Source: a virus
Lineage: Duplodnaviria > Heunggongvirae > Uroviricota > Caudoviricetes
DNA length: 45,775 bases
Virus record (IMG/VR): IMGVR_UViG_2718218398_000003
Direction: 5' to 3' (one strand)
The notes under the pieces are model-generated. The model saw only the letters and a program-made list of their open reading frames with translations, searched no databases and was not told the DNA's origin. Positions 16,870 to 26,972 of the stretch are shown piece by piece; within the stretch, counting starts at the first letter, position 1; the number at the start of each line of letters is the position of its first letter. A program made the translations under genes and the position numbers.

Positions 16870-16967
16870 GTACCTGTAAACCTGGTGCAGTACAGTAAAC
16901 ACGCTGGTTGTCGTGAATACTGACTTTTTATCTTGCTGGCATTTTAGACAAGAGTTATTGGTATGTC

Positions 16968-17195
16968 ATGTTAACCAGAAGGGAAAAAGACATGCTAAAA
17001 CAGCAAGATATGACAGAAACCGCCGCCGCAGTCCTTCATTTCTTACCTGCTGACAAGTGGGTAACGCCACGCATGATGACGAGAACTACCGGAGTAAGCG
17101 AAGCCCGGTGCCAGTTAATACTGACTCAGTTAGTTCTGGCGGGTCTGGCGAAGGATAACGGCGGGTACGGGAATAAATTCAGACGCTGCCAGTAA
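16968..17195 (+). CDS. small hypothetical protein (75 aa)
   Basis: ORF upstream of the methyltransferase, same strand; no recognised motif. Confidence 0.35.
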   Translation: MLTRREKDMLKQQDMTETAAAVLHFLPADKWVTPRMMTRTTGVSEARCQLILTQLVLAGLAKDNGGYGNKFRRCQ

Positions 17196-17345
17196 TGGCG
17201 GTTTCCTGCTGTGAAAATGGGCGGCTGGTGGGTGTTGGTAGCACCTGCCAGCCATTCGCTCATGCCTACTGGTCACAAGCGAACCACGGCCCACTGCTTT
17301 AGCGCAAAAGCAGAGTGAGCCTACCAGAGTTACGCTTACTGATCC

Positions 17346-18398
17346 ATGAAAAATACTGTAAAAATAAACAGTGTTGATTTAATCAACGCTGATTGCCTGC
17401 ATTTTATTCAGTCCCTGCCTGATGATTCCATTGACCTGATTGTTACCGATCCGCCTTACTTCAAGGTGAAACCCAACGGCTGGGACAATCAGTGGAAAGG
17501 GGACGAAGATTACCTTAAGTGGCTGGACCACTGTCTGGCCCAGTTCTGGCGGGTGTTGAAACCTGCCGGAAGCCTTTACCTGTTCTGTGGGCATCGCCTG
17601 GCATCTGATATTGAGATCATGATGCGTGAACGTTTCAACGTGCTTAACCATATCATCTGGGCGAAGCCGTCCGGACGTTGGAATGGGTGTAATAAAGAAA
17701 GTCTGCGCGCATATTTTCCTGCCACAGAGCGCGTTCTGTTTGCTGAACATTACCAGGGGCCATATCGCGGCAAAAGTGACGGCTATGCGGCAAAAGAAAG
17801 GGAACTCAAACAGCACATAATGGCACCGCTGATATCGTATTTCAGGGATGCTCGTGCCGAACTGGGTATAACGGCAAAACAAATTGCCGAAGCCACAGGT
17901 AAGAAAAATATGGTTTCCCACTGGTTTGGTGCCAGTCAGTGGCAGTTGCCGAATGAGGCTGACTATCGGAAGTTACAGGCACTGTTTTCCCGTATAGCGG
18001 CAGAGAAGTTTCAGGAACAACAACTGGAACAACCACACCACCAACTGGTGGCATCTTATGATTCACTGAATCGTAAATATTCTGAATTGCTGGATGAGTT
18101 TAAATCTCTCCGGCGCTATTTCTCCGTATCAGTCTCCGTGCCTTATACCGATGTCTGGATGCATAAACCCGTTCAGTTCTACCCGGGTAAACATCCGTGT
18201 GAGAAACCGGCGGATATGCTCAGGCAAATAATCAATGCCAGTAGTCGACCTGGTGATCTGGTTGCTGATTTTTTTATGGGATCCGGTTCCACAATAAAAG
18301 CAGCAATGGCGTTGGGGCGTCGGGCCTTAGGTGTTGAGCTTGAGTCAGAGCGGTTTAACCAGACAGTGAAAGAGATAAACGAGCTGGTGGGGAAATAA
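17346..18398 (+). CDS. DNA methyltransferase (amino-methyltransferase, DPPY motif)
   Basis: 350 aa; motif IV ...LIVTDPPYF... near the N-terminus and AdoMet-binding motif I ...[11 protein letters not shown]... near the C-terminus (beta-class order); no cognate endonuclease nearby. Confidence 0.88.
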
Positions 18399-18404
18399 TC
18401 TGGT

Positions 18405-18430
18405 GGCCACGTCAGGTGGCCTTTTTATTT
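18405..18430 (+). terminator. intrinsic terminator after the methyltransferase
   Basis: GGCCAC-gtcag-GTGGCC followed by TTTTTATTT, 7 nt past the methyltransferase stop. Confidence 0.75.
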
Positions 18431-18465
18431 CCATTACACAGCACCCGCATCTGCGAGGTGGGGTT

Positions 18466-18681
18466 ATGAAATCCATGGATAAGTTAACAACGGGTGTCGC
18501 CTATGGCACCTCAGCAGGTAGTGCCGGGTACTGGTTTTTACAGTTGCTCGATAAAGTCACGCCCTCACAGTGGGCGGCAATTGGAGTGCTGGGTAGTCTG
18601 GTATTTGGCTTGCTGACGTATCTGACAAACCTTTATTTCAAGATTAAAGAAGATAAGCGTAAGGCTGCGAGAGGTGAATAA
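18466..18681 (+). CDS. pinholin (phage 21 S21 type)
   Basis: [26 protein letters not shown]...[22 protein letters not shown] is near-identical to my recollection of S21. Track ORF starts earlier (18403) inside the upstream terminator, so the internal ATG is used. Confidence 0.8.
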
Positions 18682-19178
18682 TGTCGCCATCATTACGCAA
18701 GGCTGTTGCTGCTGCTATTGGTGGTGGGGCAATTGCTATAGCATCTGTGTTAATCACTGGCCCAAGTGGTGACGATGGTCTGGAAGGTGTTAGCCACATA
18801 CCATACAAAGATATTGTTGGTGTATGGACTGTATGTTACGGACACACCGGAAAAGACATCATGCTAGGTAAAACGTATACCGAAGCAGAATGCAAAGCCC
18901 TCCTGAATAAAGACCTTGCCACGGTCGCCAGACAAATTAACCCGTACATCAAAGTCGATATACCGGAAACAACGCGCGGCGCTCTTTACTCGTTCGTTTA
19001 CAACGTGGGTGCTGGCAATTTCAGAACATCGACGCTTCTTCGCAAAATAAACCAGGGCGATATCAAAGGCGCATGTGATCAGCTACGTCGCTGGACATAT
19101 GCTGGCGGTAAGCAATGGAAAGGACTGATGACTCGTCGGGAGATTGAGCGTGAAGTCTGTTTGTGGGGGCAGAAATGA
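18681..19178 (+). CDS. SAR endolysin (lysozyme, phage 21 R type)
   Basis: N-terminal signal-anchor-release segment ...[20 protein letters not shown]... followed by a T4-lysozyme-like catalytic domain; start overlaps the holin stop. Confidence 0.9.
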   Translation: MSPSLRKAVAAAIGGGAIAIASVLITGPSGDDGLEGVSHIPYKDIVGVWTVCYGHTGKDIMLGKTYTEAECKALLNKDLATVARQINPYIKVDIPETTRGALYSFVYNVGAGNFRTSTLLRKINQGDIKGACDQLRRWTYAGGKQWKGLMTRREIEREVCLWGQK

Positions 19179-19636
19179 GCAGATTAACCGCGATTATCTC
19201 CGCTCTGGTTATCTGCATCATCGTCTGCCTGTCATGGGCTGCTAATCATTACCGTGATAACGCCATGACTTACAAAGAGCAGCGCGACAAAAACACCAGA
19301 GAACTGAAACTGGCGAACGCCACCATCAAAGACATGCAGATCCGCCAGCGTGATGTAGCGGCTCTGGATGCCAAATACACGAAGGACTTAGCTGATGCTA
19401 AAAAGCAGCTTGATGATTTGCAGCGTTGTGTTCGCACTGGCAAGTGTGGGCTGCACTTCAACGCCAGATGTCCCGCGAATGGAGCGACCAGCACCGGCAG
19501 CTTGGGCGATGTTACCAGCCCCCGACTTAATGACTCCGCTGAACGGGATTATTTCACCCTTAGAGAGCGAATCGTCACAGTGACTAAACAGATTAGTTAT
19601 CTGCAGAACTATATCGTCACCCAGTGCATTATGTAG
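19175..19636 (+). CDS. Rz: i-spanin Rz
   Basis: [30 protein letters not shown]... is close to lambda Rz as recalled; ATGA overlap with the endolysin stop. Confidence 0.85.
   Translation: MSRLTAIISALVICIIVCLSWAANHYRDNAMTYKEQRDKNTRELKLANATIKDMQIRQRDVAALDAKYTKDLADAKKQLDDLQRCVRTGKCGLHFNARCPANGATSTGSLGDVTSPRLNDSAERDYFTLRERIVTVTKQISYLQNYIVTQCIM
19395..19583 (+). CDS. Rz1: o-spanin Rz1 (embedded in Rz in the +1 frame)
   Basis: Lipoprotein signal with lipobox ...ALASVGC followed by Pro-rich segment ...[24 protein letters not shown], as in lambda Rz1; entirely within the Rz gene. Confidence 0.8.
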   Translation: MLKSSLMICSVVFALASVGCTSTPDVPRMERPAPAAWAMLPAPDLMTPLNGIISPLESESSQ

Positions 19637-19682
19637 TATGTAGTATGTAGTATGTTGAGCTTTCTCACTAAAGGATGAAGAA

Positions 19683-19922
19683 ATGAATATATTAGATGAT
19701 TTTGAAAAACATGCTGAAATCTATGGGTATCTCAAGGTATTGAAAATGGGAGCGATGCACTTAGGTGCAGACTTCAAAATTTCAGAGGCATTCTCACATG
19801 ATAATGTGCTACCTCAATTGCAAGCATTCTATAAAAAAAAATATATAGAGAAAGAAGCACTTGAAGCGATAAACTGGTGGTCGTCACTGTCGCCGGAGTT
19901 ACGAAACAAATTCGACAATTAG
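19683..19922 (+). CDS. small AT-rich moron protein (79 aa) downstream of the lysis cassette
   Basis: ORF with its own terminator (19960-19984); AT-rich; no recognised motif. Confidence 0.45.
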   Translation: MNILDDFEKHAEIYGYLKVLKMGAMHLGADFKISEAFSHDNVLPQLQAFYKKKYIEKEALEAINWWSSLSPELRNKFDN

Positions 19923-19959
19923 TATTTGAGTTTTTGATCTAACATACGTCACACTTGAA

Positions 19960-19984
19960 ATGCCGCCTCCGGGCGGTTTTTTTA
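19960..19984 (+). terminator. intrinsic terminator
   Basis: GCCGCC-tccg-GGCGG followed by TTTTTTTTTATT. Confidence 0.8.
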
Positions 19985-20510
19985 TTGCTATTACAAAGCC
20001 CACTCCCTACAGAGTGGCTTTGATAATGGCTTATACCCTACACGGGATAACTTAACTGATATCCCTTTTAACGGATAAAGGTATTCAAGCCTGACACATC
20101 ATGCGCTGTATCGTCGCTGTATTCCCGCATTAACCATGACCGTAGCCCGACGGGGAACTCCTTCTGCGCGAGTGTGCGGGAATAATCAAAAACGATGCAC
20201 ACCGGGTTTTTACCGCGCTAATGATTCGCGGGTTTGTCCCTCATGCTCGCCAGTCCTGTGCGGGGGTGGAAGAAACAGGACACTCACACAGATTCTTGTG
20301 GGTCGATGCTATTCCTTTCTGGATTATCCCGATGCCATTCATGCAAGGGCTGTATCAGACGTTCGTCATGGCTTTCAGGCTGACGGGTCCTCCCGGTGGG
20401 GTGGCCTGCCACGGGGCGGGAGCGTCGCGCAAAAAAGCTAGTTTTTGCATTTTTATCGGCCACCATCATCTTTGCATATTATTGATTATTAATGGTTATT
20501 TGTTTTTTGT

Positions 20511-20540
20511 ATGTCGAATTGAGTGTTTTTTGTTCGACAT
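20511..20540. promoter_or_regulatory. inverted repeat ATGTCGAA-N14-TTCGACAT upstream of the terminase small subunit (candidate terminase-binding / cos-region element)
   Basis: 8-bp perfect arms with a T-rich spacer, inside the about 600-bp non-coding region between the lysis module and the terminase genes. Confidence 0.35.
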
Positions 20541-20599
20541 CGAACGCGTTTTCTTAAAGTTGTTCGCACGATGCATGTTTAAAGCTCTCCGGAGGAAAT

Positions 20600-21091
20600 A
20601 TGGATCATGAGTTGAAAAACCTGGTGCTGAATATTAATCAACTGGCGGCTTTATCTGGTCTGCACCGCCAGACTGTCGTGGCAAGACTGAAAAACATTCG
20701 TCCCGCTGGTGGACATGACAAACTCAAGCTATACCGGTTGACCGATATTCTGACTGAATTTATGGGGTTACCACCGCCGGTTGCTGAGGGCGAAATGGAT
20801 CCACATGAACGCAAAGCCTGGTATCAGTCTGAACGTGAGCGTCTTAAGTTCGAACAGGAAACGGCACAACTCATTCCGGCCAGTGATGTCAGACGGGAGT
20901 TTGCCATCTGGGCAAAAGCGGTCGTGCAGGTGCTGGAGACATTACCGGATATTCTGGAACGTGACTGCGGCCTGCAGCCTGCCGCTGTGAGCCGTGTTCA
21001 GTCCATTATTGATGATCTGCGCGATCAGATAGCCCTGCGGGTGACCGAAGCAGGTGCGGATGATGAGGAGGAATTACAGCAGGAGGAGTAA
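20600..21091 (+). CDS. terminase small subunit
   Basis: 163 aa immediately upstream of and overlapping (TAATG) the large terminase; acidic C-terminus; position equivalent to lambda Nu1. Confidence 0.7.
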   Translation: MDHELKNLVLNINQLAALSGLHRQTVVARLKNIRPAGGHDKLKLYRLTDILTEFMGLPPPVAEGEMDPHERKAWYQSERERLKFEQETAQLIPASDVRREFAIWAKAVVQVLETLPDILERDCGLQPAAVSRVQSIIDDLRDQIALRVTEAGADDEEELQQEE

Positions 21092-23193
21092 TGCTGAATC
21101 AGGAAACCGCAAAGGCAGCACGAACCGATTCAGGTTATATCCTTCGCGCACCGAGACGAATGCGGGTTGCTGATGCCGTTGCTCAGTATATGCGGGTGCC
21201 CATGGGGGCCGGGAATTCAGTCCCGTGGGATCCGCTGGTGGCACCGTATGTTATTGAGCCGATGAACTGCCTGGCCTCGCGTGAATACGACGCAGTGATA
21301 TTTGTTGGCCCGGCACGAACTGGCAAGACTATCGGCCTGATTGACGGCTGGGTGATTTACAATGTGATTTGCGATCCTGCTGATATGCTGATCATTCAGA
21401 TGACGGAGGAAAAAGCCCGCGAACACTCCAAAAAACGACTTGCCAGAACGTTTCGCGTCAGCCCGGAAGTGGTCAGTCGCCTGAGTCCGAACAAAAATGA
21501 CAACAACGTTTATGACAGAACATTCCTTGCTGGCAACTACCTGAAAATCGGCTGGCCGTCAGTCAATATCATGTCCTCATCAGATTATAAATGCGTGGCG
21601 CTGACGGATTATGACCGTTTTCCGGAAGATATTGATGGCGAGGGGGATGCCTTCTCTCTTGCCTCAAAACGTACCACCACATTTATGTCCAGTGGTATGA
21701 CGCTGGTGGAGAGTTCCCCCGGCAGGGATGTGAAGGATGTGAAATGGCGACGGACTTCACCGCATGAGGCTCCACCAACCACGGGGATACTGTCGCTCTA
21801 TAACCGTGGCGATCGCCGTCGCTGGTACTGGCCCTGTCCACACTGTGGTGAGTATTTTCAGCCCTGCGGCGATGTGGTTGCTGGTTTCCGTGATATTGCC
21901 GATCCCGTGCTGGCAAGTGAGGCGGCTTATATTCAGTGTCCTTCCTGTTCAGGACGGATTATGCCTGAACAAAAACGTGAGCTGAACGGACGTGGGGTCT
22001 GGTTGCGGGATGGTGAATCCATCAATGCGGATGGCAGTCGTTATGGTGATCCCCGACGCTCACGTATTGCGTCATTCTGGATGGAGGGTCCGGCAGCTGC
22101 TTACCAGACACTCTCGCAACTCGTTTACAAACTGCTTACTGCAGAACAGGAATACGAGACAACCGGAAGTGAAGAAACACTCAGGGCGGTTATCAATACC
22201 GACTGGGGATTACCTTATCTTCCCCGTGCCAGCATGGAGCAACGAAAAAGTGAACTGCTTGAGCAGCGGGCAGAGCCAGTTCCTTCCCGCAGTGTGCCGG
22301 ATGGCGTTAATTTCCTGGTGGCGACAGTTGATGTGCAGGCGGGACGTCATCGCCGTTTTGTGGTTCAGGTAACGGGCTATGGCAGCCGTGGCGAACGCTG
22401 GATTATTGATCGTTACAACATCACGCAGTCATTGCGCGGTGACAGCGACGGGGAGAGCCAGCGAATTGATCCGGCCAGCTATCCGGAAGACTGGGATGTC
22501 CTGCTGACGGATGTTTTTCATAAAAGCTGGCCGCTGGCCTCCGATCCTTCTCAACAAATGCGACTGATGGCAATGGCGGTGGACTCCGGCGGTGAAGACG
22601 GGGTCACTGATAATGCCTATAAATTCTGGCGTCGTTGCCGTCGTGATGGCCTTGGTAAACGTATTTACCTGTTTAAGGGCGACAGCATCCGGCGCGCAAA
22701 ACTGATCACCCGTACATTCCCTGATAACACCGGACGAACGGGCCGACGGGCGCAGGCCGCAGGTGATGTGCCGCTCTGGCTTCTTCAGACGGATGCCCTG
22801 AAAGACCGGGTGAATAACGCGTTATGGCGTGACTCTCCAGGTCCCGGCTATGTGCATTTCCCTGACTGGCTGGGGAGCTGGTTTTACGACGAACTGACGT
22901 ATGAAGAGCGGAGCAGTGACGGGAAATGGAGTAAGCCGGGTCGCGGTGCCAACGAAGCTTTTGACCTGATGGTGTATGCCGAGGCTCTGGTCATTCTGCA
23001 TGGATACGAAAAGATCCGCTGGCCGGATGCACCGGAGTGGGCGAGCCGGGAAACCTGGCTGGAGTGTGTCCCGGACAGTACCGAACCGTCACCCTCACCG
23101 GAACCGGTATCCACGCCTGTTAAAAAACAAAAACGGAAGAAAACAGTAACTGACGATGTTAACCCCTGGCTGACTTCCGGAGGATGGTTATGA
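21091..23193 (+). CDS. terminase large subunit (lambda GpA family)
   Basis: 700 aa; N-terminal ATPase region (...VIFVGPARTGKT... Walker A) and lambda-A-like organisation; followed by W-like and portal genes. Confidence 0.9.
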   Translation: MLNQETAKAARTDSGYILRAPRRMRVADAVAQYMRVPMGAGNSVPWDPLVAPYVIEPMNCLASREYDAVIFVGPARTGKTIGLIDGWVIYNVICDPADMLIIQMTEEKAREHSKKRLARTFRVSPEVVSRLSPNKNDNNVYDRTFLAGNYLKIGWPSVNIMSSSDYKCVALTDYDRFPEDIDGEGDAFSLASKRTTTFMSSGMTLVESSPGRDVKDVKWRRTSPHEAPPTTGILSLYNRGDRRRWYWPCPHCGEYFQPCGDVVAGFRDIADPVLASEAAYIQCPSCSGRIMPEQKRELNGRGVWLRDGESINADGSRYGDPRRSRIASFWMEGPAAAYQTLSQLVYKLLTAEQEYETTGSEETLRAVINTDWGLPYLPRASMEQRKSELLEQRAEPVPSRSVPDGVNFLVATVDVQAGRHRRFVVQVTGYGSRGERWIIDRYNITQSLRGDSDGESQRIDPASYPEDWDVLLTDVFHKSWPLASDPSQQMRLMAMAVDSGGEDGVTDNAYKFWRRCRRDGLGKRIYLFKGDSIRRAKLITRTFPDNTGRTGRRAQAAGDVPLWLLQTDALKDRVNNALWRDSPGPGYVHFPDWLGSWFYDELTYEERSSDGKWSKPGRGANEAFDLMVYAEALVILHGYEKIRWPDAPEWASRETWLECVPDSTEPSPSPEPVSTPVKKQKRKKTVTDDVNPWLTSGGWL

Positions 23194-23402
23194 ACCAGAA
23201 TGATATCGAAGCCATGATTCAGCGTTATACGGAAGCTGAAATGGCGGTGCTGGACGGAAAATCCGTCACCTTTAATGGTCAGCAGATGACCATGGAAAAC
23301 TTATCTGAGATCCGGCAGGGACGGCAGGAGTGGGAGCGCCGCCTTGCGGCTCTGATTACACGACGACGGGGGCATCCCGGGTACCGGCTGGCGAGGTTCT
23401 GA
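23184..23402 (+). CDS. W: head-tail joining protein (lambda gpW-like)
   Basis: 72 aa between terminase and portal, overlapping both; size and position as lambda W. Confidence 0.65.
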   Translation: MVMNQNDIEAMIQRYTEAEMAVLDGKSVTFNGQQMTMENLSEIRQGRQEWERRLAALITRRRGHPGYRLARF

Positions 23403-24910
23403 TGGCAATTCTTGATGATGTGATTGGCGTTTTTTCACCAGGATGGAAAGCGGCAAGGCTGCGTTCCCGTGCGGTGATCCAGGCTTATGAGGCCGTAAAA
23501 ACGACGCGGACACACAAAGCCCGGCGGGAAAACCGAACTGCCGACCAGTTAAGCCAGTACGGGGCCGTGTCGTTACGTGAGCAGGCCCGTTACCTTGATA
23601 ACAACCACGATCTGGTTATTGGTGTATTTGACAAGCTGGAAGAACGGGTGGTGGGGAAAAACGGGATTATTGTCGAGCCACATCCGGTATTACGCAATGG
23701 GGCCATTGCCCGTGATCTGGCAGCGGAGATTCGCACCCGATGGAGTGAATGGTCTGTCAGCCCGGAAGTCACCGGGCAGTTTACCCGTCCGATGCTGGAA
23801 CGTCTGATGCTGCGTACCTGGCTGCGCGATGGTGAGGTGTTTGCCCAGATGGTTTCCGGGCGCATAAACAGCCTGACGCCTTCTGCCGGTGTTCATTTCT
23901 GGCTGGAGGCGCTCGAGCCGGACTTTATTCCCATGACCAGTGATGAGAGCAACAGGCTGAATCAGGGCGTGTTTGTTGATGACTGGGGGCGTCCCGAAAA
24001 ATATCTGGTGTATAAAAGCCGTCCCGTATCCGGACGGCAGATGGAAACCAAAGAAGTGGATGCAGAGCGAATGCTGCATCTTAAATTTGTTCGCCGTCTG
24101 CACCAGATGCGCGGGACGTCTTTGTTGTCCGGTGTGCTGATCCGCCTCAGTGCCCTGAAAGAGTATGAAGATTCTGAGCTGACTGCAGCAAGGATCGCCG
24201 CTGCTCTGGGGATGTACATCCGGAAAGGCGACGGGCAGAGCTATGAACCGGATGGTAATGGCAGCAAGGATAAGGAACGCGAGCTTACCATTCAGCCAGG
24301 CATTATTTACGACGATCTGAAACCCGGCGAAGAAATTGGAATGGTGAAGTCGGATCGCCCCAATCCTAATCTTGAAACTTTTCGTAATGGTCAGTTGCGT
24401 GCCGTGGCGGCGGGCAGTCGTCTGAGTTTTTCCAGTACGGCACGCAACTATAACGGCACTTACAGCGCCCAGCGTCAGGAACTGGTTGAGTCCACTGATG
24501 GCTACCTGATCCTGCAGGACTGGTTTATTGGTGCCGTCACCCGCCCGATGTATCGTGCATGGCTGAAACAGGCTGTGGCATCCGGTGTTATCAGGCTACC
24601 CCGTGATCTTGACCGTTCTTCACTGTATACCGCGGTGTATTCCGGACCAGTGATGCCGTGGATTGACCCTGTTAAGGAGGCTGAGGCCTGGAAAATCCAG
24701 ATTCGTGGTGGAGCGGCGACAGAATCAGACTGGGTACGTGCTGGTGGTCGTAATCCGGATGATGTCAAACGTCGGCGCAAGGCCGAAATTGATGAAAACC
24801 GCAAGCTGGATCTGGTATTTGATACCGATCCGGCCAGTGATAAAGGAGGCAGCAGTGCCGCAACGAAACGACAGGAGCCGCAGCACACCGACGACCAGTC
24901 CGAAGAATAA
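23402..24910 (+). CDS. portal protein (lambda gpB family)
   Basis: Start at MAILDD... overlapping the W stop (track ORF starts 72 nt earlier in the same frame); about 500 aa; position and size of the portal. Confidence 0.88.
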   Translation: MAILDDVIGVFSPGWKAARLRSRAVIQAYEAVKTTRTHKARRENRTADQLSQYGAVSLREQARYLDNNHDLVIGVFDKLEERVVGKNGIIVEPHPVLRNGAIARDLAAEIRTRWSEWSVSPEVTGQFTRPMLERLMLRTWLRDGEVFAQMVSGRINSLTPSAGVHFWLEALEPDFIPMTSDESNRLNQGVFVDDWGRPEKYLVYKSRPVSGRQMETKEVDAERMLHLKFVRRLHQMRGTSLLSGVLIRLSALKEYEDSELTAARIAAALGMYIRKGDGQSYEPDGNGSKDKERELTIQPGIIYDDLKPGEEIGMVKSDRPNPNLETFRNGQLRAVAAGSRLSFSSTARNYNGTYSAQRQELVESTDGYLILQDWFIGAVTRPMYRAWLKQAVASGVIRLPRDLDRSSLYTAVYSGPVMPWIDPVKEAEAWKIQIRGGAATESDWVRAGGRNPDDVKRRRKAEIDENRKLDLVFDTDPASDKGGSSAATKRQEPQHTDDQSEE

Positions 24911-24923
24911 TTCCTGGTTCAGG

Positions 24924-26882
24924 ATGCAGGCTGGTCACCAGAGTGACGCGGATATTTATATTTATGACGAGATTGGTTTCTGGGGGGTTACAGCGAAGCA
25001 GTTTATCAGTGATCTGAATGCACTGGGCGATATCACCCACATTAATCTCCATATCAATTCACCGGGTGGCGATGTCTTTGAAGGCATCGCCATTTTTAAT
25101 GCGCTGAAAACACATGGTGCGTCCATTACCGTTTATGTCGACGGTGTGGCGGCGTCAATGGCGTCGGTCATTGCGATGGTGGGAAACCCGGTCATTATGC
25201 CGGAAAACACCTTCATGATGATTCATAAACCATTTGGCTTTACGGGCGGTGATGCGGAGGACATGCGCACCTATGCCGACCTGCTCGATAAGGTTGAGGC
25301 GGTTCTGTTACCCGCTTATGCACAGAAAACCGGGAAAACCACCGATGAAATTGCTGCCATGCTGGCGGATGAGACCTGGATGTCCGGAGCCGAATGTCTG
25401 GCTCATGGATTTGCTGACCAGGTGACGCCAGCCGTTAAGGCAATGGCATGTATTCAGTCAAAACGTACAGAGGAATTTAAAAAGATGCCGGAATCCATTC
25501 GAAACATGATTACTCCGCCACGCAACAGTGCTCCACGCGTACCGGATGATGAACCAGCAGCACCCCGGACGCCAGTGCAGGCAGCAGCACCAGTGGTGGA
25601 TGAAAACAGTATCCGTGCGCAGGTACTGGCAGAGCAAAAAGCGCGTGTAAACGGTATTAATGATCTGTTTGCCATGTTTGGCGGGCGTTATCAGGCGCTG
25701 CAGGCTCAGTGCCTTGCCGATCCTGAGTGTTCGCTGGAGCAGGCCCGCGAGAAGCTGTTGAACGAGATGGGGCGCGAGTCCACGCCATCCAATAAAAATA
25801 CCCCGGCTCATATTTATGCCGGTAACGGTAATTTTGTGGGGGACGGGATCCGCCAGGCGCTGATGGCGCGTGCCGGATTTGAAAAAACCGAACGTGATAA
25901 TGTCTACAACGGGATGACTCTGCGTGAATATGCCCGTATGTCACTGACTGAACGGGGTATTGGGGTTTACAGTTATAACCCGATGCAGATGGTCGGTGCG
26001 GCGTTCACACACAGTACGTCTGACTTCGGTAATATTCTGCTGGATGTTGCGAACAAAGCCATTCTGCAGGGCTGGGAAGATGCCCCTGAAACCTATGAAC
26101 AGTGGACGCGGAAAGGTCAGTTGTCTGATTTTAAAATTGCCCATCGTGTGGGTATGGGTGGCTTCAGTGCTCTGCGTCAGGTGCGTGAAGGGGCGGAATA
26201 TAAATACGTCACCACCGGAGATAAACAGGCCACTATTGCACTGGCGACCTATGGCGAGCTGTTCAGTATCACCCGTCAGGCCATTATCAATGATGATCTG
26301 AATATGCTGACCGATGTCCCGATGAAACTGGGCCGTGCGGCGAAATCCACTATTGCCGATCTGGTTTATGCCATTCTGACGTCTAACCCGAAAATCTCCA
26401 CAGATAATGTAAGTCTGTTCGATAAAGCGAAACATGCAAACGTACTGGAGAGCGCTGCAATGGACGTGGCATCGCTGGATAAAGCCCGCCAGTTGATGCG
26501 CGTTCAGAAAGAGGGGGAGCGTCATCTGAATATTCGTCCTGCGTTCGTACTGGTACCGACGGCGATGGAGTCTGTTGCTAACCAGGTCATTCGCTCCTCA
26601 AGTGTCAAGGGGGCTGACATTAACGCCGGTATTATTAACCCGGTGAAAGATTTTGCGACCGTTATTGCAGAGCCTCGTCTTGATGATAACAGCCAGACCA
26701 CCTTCTACCTGGCTGCGTCAAAAGGCTCCGATACGATTGAAGTGGCTTATCTCAACGGTGTGGATACGCCATATATTGATCAGATGGAGGGCTTCAGTGT
26801 GGATGGCGTGACAACGAAAGTGCGTATTGACGCCGGTGTCGCGCCAGTTGATCACCGCGGTCTGGTGAAATGTACGGCGTAA
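24924..26882 (+). CDS. prohead protease (ClpP/S14-like) fused to major capsid protein
   Basis: N-terminal ClpP-like domain (...GVAASMASVI...MIHKP... with Ser and His of the catalytic triad) and a large C-terminal capsid-like domain; start at MQAGHQ just after the portal stop is uncertain (weak RBS). Confidence 0.75.
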   Translation: MQAGHQSDADIYIYDEIGFWGVTAKQFISDLNALGDITHINLHINSPGGDVFEGIAIFNALKTHGASITVYVDGVAASMASVIAMVGNPVIMPENTFMMIHKPFGFTGGDAEDMRTYADLLDKVEAVLLPAYAQKTGKTTDEIAAMLADETWMSGAECLAHGFADQVTPAVKAMACIQSKRTEEFKKMPESIRNMITPPRNSAPRVPDDEPAAPRTPVQAAAPVVDENSIRAQVLAEQKARVNGINDLFAMFGGRYQALQAQCLADPECSLEQAREKLLNEMGRESTPSNKNTPAHIYAGNGNFVGDGIRQALMARAGFEKTERDNVYNGMTLREYARMSLTERGIGVYSYNPMQMVGAAFTHSTSDFGNILLDVANKAILQGWEDAPETYEQWTRKGQLSDFKIAHRVGMGGFSALRQVREGAEYKYVTTGDKQATIALATYGELFSITRQAIINDDLNMLTDVPMKLGRAAKSTIADLVYAILTSNPKISTDNVSLFDKAKHANVLESAAMDVASLDKARQLMRVQKEGERHLNIRPAFVLVPTAMESVANQVIRSSSVKGADINAGIINPVKDFATVIAEPRLDDNSQTTFYLAASKGSDTIEVAYLNGVDTPYIDQMEGFSVDGVTTKVRIDAGVAPVDHRGLVKCTA

Positions 26883-26905
26883 ACATCGCAGACAACAACT
26901 CTGAT

Positions 26906-26929
26906 GGCCCGTAAGTAAGGGCTTTTTTT
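26906..26929 (+). terminator. intrinsic terminator after the capsid gene
   Basis: GGCCC-gtaagtaa-GGGC followed by TTTTTTT. Confidence 0.7.
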
Positions 26930-26972
26930 GTACCTGAAATCAGCCCCTGAACGGGGCTGTGTGGAGACAGTT

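Noticed and set aside
16717-16967. Exact late promoter (pR') and Q-utilisation site
   Set aside because: TAGACT and TAAATT hexamers resembling lambda pR' elements occur near 16760-16775 but with wrong spacing; I could not place a convincing -35/-10 pair, so no promoter feature is called.
20136-20610. Overlapping ORFs in the lysis-to-terminase intergenic region
   Set aside because: No RBS, mutually overlapping in three frames, Cys/Arg/Gly-rich; the region is better explained as a cos/packaging region.
24663-24923. N-terminal 87 codons of the track ORF for the protease-capsid gene
   Set aside because: This part overlaps the portal 3' end in another frame and is Arg/Pro-rich; the real start is more likely the ATG at 24924 just after the portal stop.
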